DNA from: Candidatus Dadabacteria bacterium
GTDB taxonomy: Bacteria > Desulfobacterota_D > UBA1144 > Nemesobacterales > CSP1-2
DNA: 64,000 bases
Direction: 5' to 3'
Assembly (NCBI GenBank): GCA_963805855.1
Contig: CAWDVW010000005.1
Span: 128,001-192,000, forward strand
In this document: positions 34,479 through 43,461 of the stretch, piece by piece
How the letters are laid out: every line of letters begins with the position of its first letter
Position numbering within the stretch: position 1 is the first letter of the stretch
Notes under the pieces: model-generated
The model's database searches: none
The model's input: the letters and a program-made list of their open reading frames with translations, nothing else
Told to the model about the DNA's origin: nothing
Made by a program: the position numbers and the translations under genes

Positions 34479-34526
34479 TTGACAATATTTTGACTATATA
34501 TTATAATCAACCATATGGTTGATTAT
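34479..34526 (+). promoter_or_regulatory. Consensus sigma70 promoter with an overlapping 24-bp perfect palindromic operator
   Basis: TTGACA (34479-34484), 17 bp, TATAAT (34502-34507); ATAATCAACCAT|ATGGTTGATTAT (34503-34526) covers the ATG at 34515. Confidence 0.88.
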
Positions 34527-34859
34527 CAAGCAAAAAAGCTTGACGCTGTTTTCCACGCTCTGGCTAACCCGGCAAGAAGAAACATAGTTATGCAATTGGT
34601 CCTACGGGACCTTACTGTTAATCAGCTTGCCGAGAAGCATGACATGACTCTGCAAGCAGTGTCTAAACATATTCATGTGCTTGTAAGGTCAGGTTTAGTG
34701 GAGCAGACAAAACTAGGTCGAATCAGGCGATGTAGGGTTAAGATAGAATCTTTTAAGATGGTTTCTGATTTAGTAGAAGAGTGTCGAGAAACCTGGGAGA
34801 AGAGATTAGACCACCTAGAGGCATATTTCGGTAAGAAACAAGTGAGGAGGAAGAAGTAA
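34515..34859 (+). CDS. ArsR/SmtB family transcriptional regulator
   Basis: VFHALANPARR...TVNQLA...QAVSKHIHVL..SGLV...GR. Confidence 0.92.
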   Translation: MVDYQAKKLDAVFHALANPARRNIVMQLVLRDLTVNQLAEKHDMTLQAVSKHIHVLVRSGLVEQTKLGRIRRCRVKIESFKMVSDLVEECRETWEKRLDHLEAYFGKKQVRRKK

Positions 34860-35290
34860 TGGGGGAAAAACAAGTAGTTATTAAAAGAATAATTAAGGCT
34901 CCTCGAGGAAAGGTTTTTAATGCCTTTTCTGATCCGGAGATTATGCGTAAATGGTTTTTCCCTGAAGAAGATTGGACCGCTGACATAACTAACGAATTTA
35001 AAATTGGGGGAAGTTATAGTATTAAAATGAATGCGCCGAATGGTGATGTTTACACTCACACAGGGGAATATCGAGTGATCAACCCCCCAGAAAAAATAGT
35101 GTTTACTTGGAATTCTCCTTTAGTCCAAAACACATTGGTAACAGTTACGTTTCAGGAGATGGGTAAGGATACGGAGATTACACTTACTCACGATCTCTTT
35201 CCGACTAAAGAAGTACGTGACAAACATGAACATGGATGGAGGGGTTGCTTAAACAATCTTGAAAAAATTATTCAGTTGAGGGGGACCTAA
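34859..35290 (+). CDS. SRPBCC/AHSA1 domain protein
   Basis: IKAPRGKVFNAFSDPE..RKW, GEYRVINPPEKIVFTW, HEHGW. Confidence 0.9.
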   Translation: MGEKQVVIKRIIKAPRGKVFNAFSDPEIMRKWFFPEEDWTADITNEFKIGGSYSIKMNAPNGDVYTHTGEYRVINPPEKIVFTWNSPLVQNTLVTVTFQEMGKDTEITLTHDLFPTKEVRDKHEHGWRGCLNNLEKIIQLRGT

Positions 35291-35295
35291 CGATT

Positions 35296-35733
35296 ATGGC
35301 GGATATAAAACACTTACTCGAAATTAACGCAACTAAAGAGAAAGTTTATAAAGCCATAACAACACAAAATGGCTTGGCTAACTGGTGGACACAGGATGTT
35401 GCTGCTAAACGCGAGGTAGGAAGCATAGCCAAGTTTCGTTTTAACGGCATTTTTAGTGCTGATTTGAAAGTCACCGCACTCGAAGAAAACAGAGTTATTA
35501 AGTGGGAATGCGTAGACAGCAGTGAAGAAGAGTGGGTAAAAACTGATTTTACGTTTAGTTTGGAAGATAGCGAGTCAGGCACATTGCTTCGTTTTGCCCA
35601 TGACAACTGGTGGAAAGGCATGACTGATGCATTTCAGCGTTCTAATTTTCTTTGGGGGTATTATTTGCAAAGTTTAAAAGAATACTGCGAGTTGGGTCGT
35701 GGTAGACCTTATGGGCAACCAAGCAATATATAG
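35296..35733 (+). CDS. SRPBCC/AHSA1 domain protein
   Basis: KVYKAITT..GLANWW, TLLRFAH, WGYYLQSLKEYCELG. Confidence 0.9.
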   Translation: MADIKHLLEINATKEKVYKAITTQNGLANWWTQDVAAKREVGSIAKFRFNGIFSADLKVTALEENRVIKWECVDSSEEEWVKTDFTFSLEDSESGTLLRFAHDNWWKGMTDAFQRSNFLWGYYLQSLKEYCELGRGRPYGQPSNI

Positions 35734-35758
35734 AGTTTAACATTGATGGAAGGTCAAA

Positions 35759-36433
35759 ATGAGTGTTCTTGCAGCTCATGATTGGAAATTTAAGAAAGCA
35801 AATGTTGTAGAACAGGGAATGGAAGCAGCGGCAAAATATACAAAGAAGCTCAAAGGTTTCGATTGTGCTTCAGAGCTCTCAATGTGGTTACGCTCTTGGC
35901 AAGACCTTAACCGCTATTTTCACATCCCCGTTTTCAAAGATGTAGAAGCAATGGAGCAGGTGTTTAATGCCGATGAAACAAAGGAATTTGCAGATATGCT
36001 CTATCCATTAGTGAGCGATGAAGGCGTGAAGCAACCCAAATGTAGTGTCATACTTTCAAGTGGAGGTGGCATACCTGAAGTTAAACAGGGAGAGATTCAC
36101 GGTGCTTGCGTCATAAACGACTTTTCATTTTCTGCTGATGGTAATATTAGTGCCGGAATGGAGGCTGCGGCAAAGTATGTTGATCAACTCAGAAACCACG
36201 ATGAAGTTCTGCTTTCAATTTGGGCGAGAGATCAGGAGCAAAAGCGACGATTCTTTCATATAATTGTTTTTCGTGACGAGGCAAGTTCTGCGGCTGCCCG
36301 CCGATGGAGAGAGACCGGAGAGTTTGCCAATGTGCTCTATCAGGAGGTTGACTGGGACAGCGTAGAGCAAAGTTGGTCGGACATTGTGTTATCGAGTGGT
36401 GGCAAGATGCCTTACATCGCTCTCAATCTATAG
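35759..36433 (+). CDS. Hypothetical protein with two tandem, possibly ABM-like alpha+beta barrel domains
   Basis: Internal duplication: GMEAAAKY...R(Y/F)FHI.VF.D...ET.EFA..LY...(VI/IV)LSSGG appears twice. The fold assignment is inference. Confidence 0.6.
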   Translation: MSVLAAHDWKFKKANVVEQGMEAAAKYTKKLKGFDCASELSMWLRSWQDLNRYFHIPVFKDVEAMEQVFNADETKEFADMLYPLVSDEGVKQPKCSVILSSGGGIPEVKQGEIHGACVINDFSFSADGNISAGMEAAAKYVDQLRNHDEVLLSIWARDQEQKRRFFHIIVFRDEASSAAARRWRETGEFANVLYQEVDWDSVEQSWSDIVLSSGGKMPYIALNL

Positions 36434-36745
36434 TAGCTAACATGGATACTAATAAAGGCGGTAGTTCAAGGGAATCATGGCTTGACTTGTGCATGACAAA
36501 AAGGAGAAAGGAATAACAAATATAAAAAGCTGTGGGGTCAGTCCTAAACCTTATATCCATTTAATATGTTAAACTAATGAAAAAGGCTGGTGAACTCCTC
36601 TTGAAAAATGCATTCTAGCAGCCTTTTTTTTAATGCCAGATATAGATATATACTGTTCCATAATGTTTCCCATACCATATATTGAATTGAACTTAGACTT
36701 GTTAGAGAATGGGGATTAAATGGATTGTCCTAAAACACGCCAGAT

Positions 36746-38312
36746 ATGGGGACAACGATCACGACGGAGGTAATTATCATAGGGGCGGGTCCGACAGGGC
36801 TTTCCCTGGCGTGTCAGTTAATCAGATACGCCGTCGATTTCGTTATTCTCGACCAGAAGAAAACAATCACGCCGTATTCAAAGGCGATCGGTGTTCAGGC
36901 GCGGACGCTGGAGATTTACGAGCAAATCAATCTGGCAGACAAATTGATTCAGCAGGGTTGGATCACGGAAAAGGCGCGTTTTGTCGTGGGCGCCGAAGTG
37001 CGCGGCGAAGTGGAACTCTCGAAAATCGGCGAAGGAATGAGTCCTTACCCGTTTCTGCTCCTCGTGGAACAAGGAAAGCACGAAAAGGTTTTGTATGATT
37101 ACATCAAAGAAAACGGGAAAGACGTATCGTGGGACACCAAACTTGAAGGTTTTTCGCAAGATGAAACCGGCGTGCGAGCGAAGGTTAAAACCGCAACAGG
37201 CGAAACTGAAACAATCGAGGCGACATTTCTTGTCGGCTGCGACGGCGCTAAAAGTGCCGGTTCGCAACATGCTCGGTTTGACATTTGAAGGAAGCACGTT
37301 CGAGCGTATGTTTTACGTTGCCGACGCCGAGATTGATTGGAAATTCACCCACGAGGCATTATACGTTTGCCTCGCCAAGAAAGCGCTGACCGCGTTTTTC
37401 CCGATGGTCGGAAAAAACCATTACCGCATCGTCGGTACCTTTCCCGAAGGTCATGAAAAGGACGAGGGCGAGATTTTATACGAGGAAATCGAACAACAAT
37501 TCAAAGAAGATACCGAACTGGAACTCGGTATAGCGGATGTTAATTGGTTTTCCGCCTATAAGGTTCACACACGCCACGTCAATAAATTTTCCGTCGGCAG
37601 ATGTTTTCTTGCGGGCGACGCTGCACATATCCATACGCCTGCCGGAGCGCAGGGCATGAACACGGGCATCCAGGACGGCTACAATCTCGCCTGGAAGATT
37701 TGGTTGGTTTTGCGAGAAAAGGGAAACGAAAATATTTTGGAATCGTACAACGAAGAACGGCTCAGAAACGCGAAAAATTTGCTGAGAACGACCGACCTGC
37801 TTTTTAACCTCGGCGCCAGCCCCGATATATTTCTCTCCTATTTCCGGATTCATATATTCCCGTATATCGTAGGTTTTGCTTTGAATTTCGATACGATTAA
37901 AAGGTTTATCTTCCCGCGCATCTCGCAAATCGGCATCAATTACCGAACAAGTTCACTAAGTGAAAACAACGCAGATTGTTCGGTCAAACCGGGCGACCGA
38001 ATGCCGTATTTCACGGTTGAGGGCAAAAGTATTTACGACCGGTTGCGCCAGCCGAAATTTCATCTTATTGCCTTCTTGGAGACACCAGGCGATTTTCCAG
38101 CGTTGAAAACAGAACTTGAGAACCAAAATGCCGAATCCATTGATTTCAACTTCATCCCGCTTAATCCGCAAGTCGCAGAAGTCTTTGGCACAAACAGTTC
38201 TTTTAATGTGCTGTTAAGACCGGATAACTATATTGGATTTATCTCGAAAGGAACTTCGCTTAGGAACCTGAGAGTCTACTTAAACAAGTTTGTCAAACAA
38301 ACAATAATTTGA
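36746..38312 (+). pseudogene. FAD-dependent monooxygenase (PheA/TfdB-like) with one frameshift near 37256
   Basis: GAGPTG, GCDGAKS/PVR junction, AGDAAHIHTPAGAQGMNTGIQD; joins into 521 aa. Confidence 0.88.
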
Positions 38313-38540
38313 CATAGATAATAGCGGGTCGCGTCGTCACGATTGACAAATAATCAAAACGCATCCTTAGCTAAACAAAAACAGGGAATTATGTCCCTAT
38401 CTTAATCTATTAAATTCTTGCTGCGAGTGAAAAAATTCCAGGGGATTATTTCATATAAAGATAAGCTTACTATATGCAGTTATAGATGCGGAAATAGAGC
38501 CTGAGCTTTCTTTTCTACCATTCCAATGTTTCTTCACTCA

Positions 38541-38966
38541 TCAGCTTTGTAATTTCGCATCCATCGTAATCTTCGCATTCAAAAGGCGGGAAATCGGACA
38601 TCCCTCTTTTGCATTTTTGGCTGCCGTTTCAAAGGCCGACTGGTCTGCCCCCGGAATCTTGGCGGTAACGTCAAGATGAATTTCAGTCACCGTCCAGCCG
38701 GCTTCCAGCTTTTCCATCGTAAGCGTGGCAGCGGTATTTATGCTCTCGGCAACCATACCGGCGTTGGCAAGTTGTGCGGAGAGCGCCATCGAGAAGCAAC
38801 CGGCATGGGCTGCCGCTACTAGTTCTTCCGGATTTGTACCGGCTCCATCTTCAAAGCGTGTGCTGAAGGAATATTGAGTGTCTGATAAAACACCGCTAGC
38901 GGTCGAGATTGCTCCCTTACCGCTTTTAAGATCACCATTCCAAACTGCCGAAGCCTTTCGTTTCAT
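38541..38966 (-). CDS. osmC: OsmC family peroxiredoxin
   Basis: TNPEELVAAAHAGCFSMAL and AKEGCPISR. Confidence 0.95.
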   Translation of the reverse strand: MKRKASAVWNGDLKSGKGAISTASGVLSDTQYSFSTRFEDGAGTNPEELVAAAHAGCFSMALSAQLANAGMVAESINTAATLTMEKLEAGWTVTEIHLDVTAKIPGADQSAFETAAKNAKEGCPISRLLNAKITMDAKLQS

Positions 38967-39011
38967 GATTACCTCCTTGGTTTTTCTGTTGATTCGGATT
39001 TTTTCATTATA

Positions 39012-40019
39012 TCAGAGTCGAATAACCACTTTCCCAAAGTGTGCGCCGCTTTCCATGTGGCCAAATGCCTCCTTAGTCTCTTCAAACGAAAACACGCGAT
39101 CAATCACCGGATGAAGTTGATTGAAAGTGATTGCACTATTCATTGCTTCAAACATCTCACGAGAGCCCACATATATGCCCTGGATGCGAATATTCTTCAT
39201 CACCGCAGGTAATGGGTTGGCTTCTCCTGCTCCGGTAAGCACCCCAATCAGGCTGATATGTCCTCCCATACGCACCGCGCGGAGTGATTTTGGCAGGGTT
39301 CCCGCGCCGCCGACTTCAACCACATGATCTACGCCCCTCCTGCCGGTTATCTCCAGTACCTTCTTCTCCCAGTCCGGCACTGATTTGTAGTTTATGACAT
39401 CCGATGCACCCAACTCTTTAACCCGCTTCAGTTTCTCATCGCTGCTAGATGTAGCAATCACCCTTGCGCCAGAAATCTTCGCGAACTGTAGCGCAAAGAT
39501 GGAAACCCCTCCCGTGCCAAGCACCAGCACCGTATCGCCAGGCTTCAGGCCCCCGGACGTGATCAGCCCATTCCACGCAGTTACCGCCGCGCAGGGCAGT
39601 GTCGCTGCCTCTTCGTATGACAGATGCTCCGGTACCCGCACCAATCCGTCCTCCTGGAATAAAACGTATTCAGCGAGAACACCGTCAATAGCTCCGCCCA
39701 AAGCCGACTTCGCTTTACCCTCATCCAGCTCCCCGGATATCCAGGTCTGCATGAAGATACCGGCGACCCGGTCTCCCGGTTTTACCCGTGTTACGCCCTC
39801 TCCGATTTCGACAACCTCGCCCGCGCCGTCAGAGCAAGGGACGAGGCCCGGAGGAAGGTTTCGGCTATAGGCTCCCTTAACGACCAGCAAATCGCGGAAG
39901 TTAAGCGATGCTGCTTTTATCTTCACCAGTGCCTGTCCGTAGCTAGGCTTCGGGTCCGGGCGCTCGGCAAGTGCCAGGGAGTCAATACCGGATGGTTGTT
40001 TTATTTCAAAGGCCTTCAT
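39012..40019 (-). CDS. Medium-chain NAD(P)-dependent oxidoreductase (zinc-type alcohol dehydrogenase-like)
   Basis: SLNFRD, PCSDGAG, LPCAAVTAW, GTGGVS, HFGKVVI; AGGAGG RBS supports the start at 40019. Confidence 0.9.
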   Translation of the reverse strand: MKAFEIKQPSGIDSLALAERPDPKPSYGQALVKIKAASLNFRDLLVVKGAYSRNLPPGLVPCSDGAGEVVEIGEGVTRVKPGDRVAGIFMQTWISGELDEGKAKSALGGAIDGVLAEYVLFQEDGLVRVPEHLSYEEAATLPCAAVTAWNGLITSGGLKPGDTVLVLGTGGVSIFALQFAKISGARVIATSSSDEKLKRVKELGASDVINYKSVPDWEKKVLEITGRRGVDHVVEVGGAGTLPKSLRAVRMGGHISLIGVLTGAGEANPLPAVMKNIRIQGIYVGSREMFEAMNSAITFNQLHPVIDRVFSFEETKEAFGHMESGAHFGKVVIRL

Positions 40020-40179
40020 GATTACCTCCTGTGAATTCAATCGAGAATCAAGATAATAACTTGTTTATACCTTATTACTAGTTTGGGAAGACCTGCCCGG
40101 ATCAATCCAAGTCGCAAATAATTATTGAATAAGTTGTCGCCTATTTAGTTTTACAAGCGAAACCATCTTCGTGTTAAGG

Positions 40180-40207
40180 AAGAAAAGGGACATCAGTCCC
40201 TTTTCTT
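40180..40207. terminator. Hairpin, probable intrinsic terminator of the 40224-40664 gene (could be REP-derived)
   Basis: AAGAAAAGGGAC-ATCA-GTCCCTTTTCTT, a perfect 12-bp inverted repeat with T-rich tails on both strands. Confidence 0.65.
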
Positions 40208-40223
40208 TGGGTGACGGTTATCA

Positions 40224-40664
40224 TCAACTCTTTGGAATATCACCACAAGCCACATAGGTTGAGATCTCCTTTTCTGACTTGTGGACGTTTATCGCATAGT
40301 CTCCGGCCGTAAGATCGCTAAGTTTAGCGTCTATGGTTGTCTCAGAGTTACCATTCTTAACCGCTTCTAGCGGATACTTTGGCCCTCCCAGGTTTTCACA
40401 AGTCCCCTGGTGAATATGTGCCGGTTGGGCAACACCCTCGGGGGCGCCAGTCAGGTTTATAACGACTTTTGTCTTGCCGTCCACAGGTGTCAATGTAGCT
40501 TTGCCAGATTCGCCAGAGTTATTCAGGGCTTTGAACTCCACGGTTACAGCCTCAGATGCTGTGGCTTCCTCGCCCGCAGCTTTACTATAGCTAAATGAGA
40601 CTACAAGCATAAAGACACCTACAGATAACCAAACAATTGTTTTTAACGAATTAAAGTCTCTCAT
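40224..40664 (-). CDS. Secreted CHRD/Cu-Zn SOD-like small beta protein
   Basis: Signal peptide; QPAHIHQGTC, YAINVHKS, YVACGDI. Confidence 0.65.
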   Translation of the reverse strand: MRDFNSLKTIVWLSVGVFMLVVSFSYSKAAGEEATASEAVTVEFKALNNSGESGKATLTPVDGKTKVVINLTGAPEGVAQPAHIHQGTCENLGGPKYPLEAVKNGNSETTIDAKLSDLTAGDYAINVHKSEKEISTYVACGDIPKS

Positions 40665-40753
40665 CGGTGACTACCTCCTTAGACTATATATAATCATAGC
40701 CAATCCTGTTTAGCAAATTCAAACACTGTAAAAAAGGGGGAGCAGGCGCCGCA

Positions 40754-41353
40754 TTGGTACCGATGTTGCTTTCATACGCGCTAACGTCTCCGTTTTCAGG
40801 GAAAGTCTACAACTCCCTGGGCGCGAAGATGTCCATATTTATAGGAATGCTATTAACCGCCATTGGAACGTTTTGTATCATAATTTTCGGATTTGAAACC
40901 AGTTATGTATTAATGTGTCTGGCTTCGATAGTGGGCGGTATTGGTTTAGGCATCGCAAATCCGAGTATTACTACAGCCGCAATCGGATCGGTTAAAGAAT
41001 CAAGGGCGAGTTTGGCGGGGGGAATAGTCTTCATGTTTCAACTGTCGGGAGCAGCGCTTGGTCTGGCGGTTATAACAACCATATTTATCGATACTGCAAT
41101 AGTCGATTTTCTTGAAAGGATCTCTCATCTTGATTTAAGCCTATCAGCTACCGATGTCGGTAGTATAAAATCCTTTATGTTAGGAAGCAGCTCAGAGCAA
41201 ATTTTAGAAAGAGATGTTGGTAGCTCCATGCTAAATAAATTGATACCTCATATAAGGGGTTCCTACGTTCAGGGTTTGAAAATCGGATTGGGTGTCTCAG
41301 GCGTGCTTGCATTATTTGGAGCCCTGCTGGCCTTTGTTTTTTCAAAAAAATGA
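40754..41353 (+). pseudogene. 3' fragment of a DHA2-type MFS transporter
   Basis: C-terminal TMs only (GGIGLGI, ASLAGGI, GAALGLAV); no room or RBS for the N-terminal half. Confidence 0.7.
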
Positions 41354-41788
41354 AAATGGGGTCAGGCCAACAATTGAATTTTTCCAAAAGCATATTTGAG
41401 ACAGACAACTATAATTTTTAGATCTTAGTCTACAACTATTGACTTATTATACTGGCTTGATCTATAATGAGGAAAGTAGATAAATAGGTGGAAGACTAAG
41501 ATATTCATCCTTAACCGATTGATGGCAAGTTACATTGATAATGAGAGCTTAATATTGAGTGCATAGTGGAATTCTATGTAAAGATCTAAAGGTCATAGTT
41601 CTACAATAAACTAATGTGTAAAAAAACATACACTTATCTACAGATGATTCAATCCCGCGACACAGCGGCGATGTATATATTCCATAATCAATGTTACTTC
41701 ACTTCATTCCTCTCAACTACTCCTGAAAGATCGAACGCATCCTAAAGCGTCCTAAGGCTTATTAGGTTTTAAAAAATTGAGGTGGGGT

Positions 41789-43260
41789 ATGAAGAGTAAG
41801 CGGATACTCATTATTGAGGATCGAAAAACCACAGTCGAGGACATTCGGGAGAATTTGCTGAGTTCAGGATATGATGTGACCGCGGTGGTCTCTTCGTAGA
41901 AGAAGCCGTCAAAAACGCTGAGGAGACGCCGCCCGATTTGGTTCTTGTTGATAATGGGCTCAATGGTAATCCTTATGGACTGGAAGCTGCGCAAGAGCTG
42001 ACGAGGTCGTTTCGATATTCCCGTTGTATTCACCACTGCCGATGCGGATGATAATGCGCTTCAACAAGCAAAGTCAGCAGAGCCTTCTGGTTTTATCTTC
42101 AAACCTCTAAAAGAGGAAGAACTAAAGTTTGCCATTGAAATTGCTATCTACAAACATAAATTGGAAAAGAAGATAAGAGAAACAGCGAGCTGGCTTAATT
42201 CAACGCTAAAGAGTATGGGAGACGCAGTCATCACTACGGATACAAACTCACGTGTTACATTTATGAATCCTGTTGCCGAGGAGCTGACTCGGCTGGAAGC
42301 GAAAAGATGCTTTGGGGAGAGATTTAAAGCAGATTATGATGGTAGATAAAAATTCCCAAAAGCAACTAGAGAGTTCTGTCATAAAGTCGCTCAGCGAGGA
42401 AAATGAAGAAAGTGCGGCAGGAATTCACAACTACTCTCTTATTGCAAAAGACCAAAAAGTAACAACCGTTTCACTTGCCGTGTCACCCATCAGGGATGAG
42501 GAAGTTAAGGTAGTTGGCGCCGTGCTGGTATTCCGCGAACTAAGCCAACAAAAGGGCGATGGAACATTGCGGGATAAGGAAGGATGCCCAAAGCCGTTCA
42601 GGCGCCGAAAGGGGGATCATTCCAATCAGTATTATAGTAGCTTCTCAATCATGCTTTGTTAAAGAAGGAATCCGTAAAACTGTAGAAATTGAAAATGATA
42701 TTGAAGTCATAGGAGAGGCCTCCAGCCTGCCTGAACTCCTTTCGCTTACCAAGGAGAAAAACCCGGATATATTATGTATTGACACGTCACTGAGCGATCT
42801 TGATTTGATGATAATTCAGCAATCAATAGCTGAAAATAATGGAGATACAAAGATACTTCTTTTGCTCCACAGCCTTGATGATGAGTTCATCACAAGAGCT
42901 ATGTACCTGGGCATTCACGGGTATATAAAAGACACATCGAATCCTGAGGTGTTGCTAAGAGCTATCAGGGCAGTAAACAATGATGAGATTTGGGCAGAAA
43001 GGGATATATTGACAAGAATCTTAAGACGGTTTACAGGCGAAAGAAATGATAATCTGGTACTCTTGATATCCAGGCTCACAATTAGAGAGAAGGAGATCTT
43101 TAAGCTTCTAGCTCAGGGCAACAGCAACAAACAGATTGCTAAGAAGCTATCAATAAGCAGGAACACAGTAAGAAATCATATATCAAACATATTTCAGAAA
43201 CTTGGCGTCAGTAATAGGCTTCAGATCGGATCTAACCTATTTCCTACCGATTTAAAATAA
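41789..43260 (+). pseudogene. REC-PAS-REC-LuxR HTH response regulator split by 4 single-base frameshifts
   Basis: MKSKRILIIED...PDLVLVD...GFIFKP; MGDAVITTD...FMNPVAE...GAVLVFRE; PDILCID; LTIREKEI...SNKQIA...TVRNH. Shifts near 41897, 42001, 42290 and 42555 join into 489 aa. Confidence 0.8.
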
Positions 43261-43263
43261 AAA

Positions 43264-43285
43264 CCGGGGTCAGTTCTGACCCCGG
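43264..43285. repeat. GGGGTCAG-family perfect hairpin (REP-like, possible terminator)
   Basis: CCGGGGTCAG-TT-CTGACCCCGG directly after the regulator stop codon. Confidence 0.75.
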
Positions 43286-43315
43286 CCGTTACTCCCTGAC
43301 AATCGTGTCAAAAGG

Positions 43316-43377
43316 TAGTACATCGTACTAGTACTTTTATAGGACATCTTCGTCATAAAAATAGTACAAAAGTACCA
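43316..43377 (+). promoter_or_regulatory. Clustered TAGTAC inverted-repeat boxes, candidate NarL/LuxR-family operator
   Basis: TAGTAC-ATC-GTACTA (43316-43330), TAGTAC (43329), TAGGAC (43340), TAGTAC-AAAA-GTACCA (43362-43377). Confidence 0.55.
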
Positions 43378-43461
43378 TTTACACGTCTATCTCAATTTGA
43401 TAAAAATGGCAAAGGGTATTTCGGTCTTATTGACGGGTAAACAACAGAGGGGGGTGTTGCA

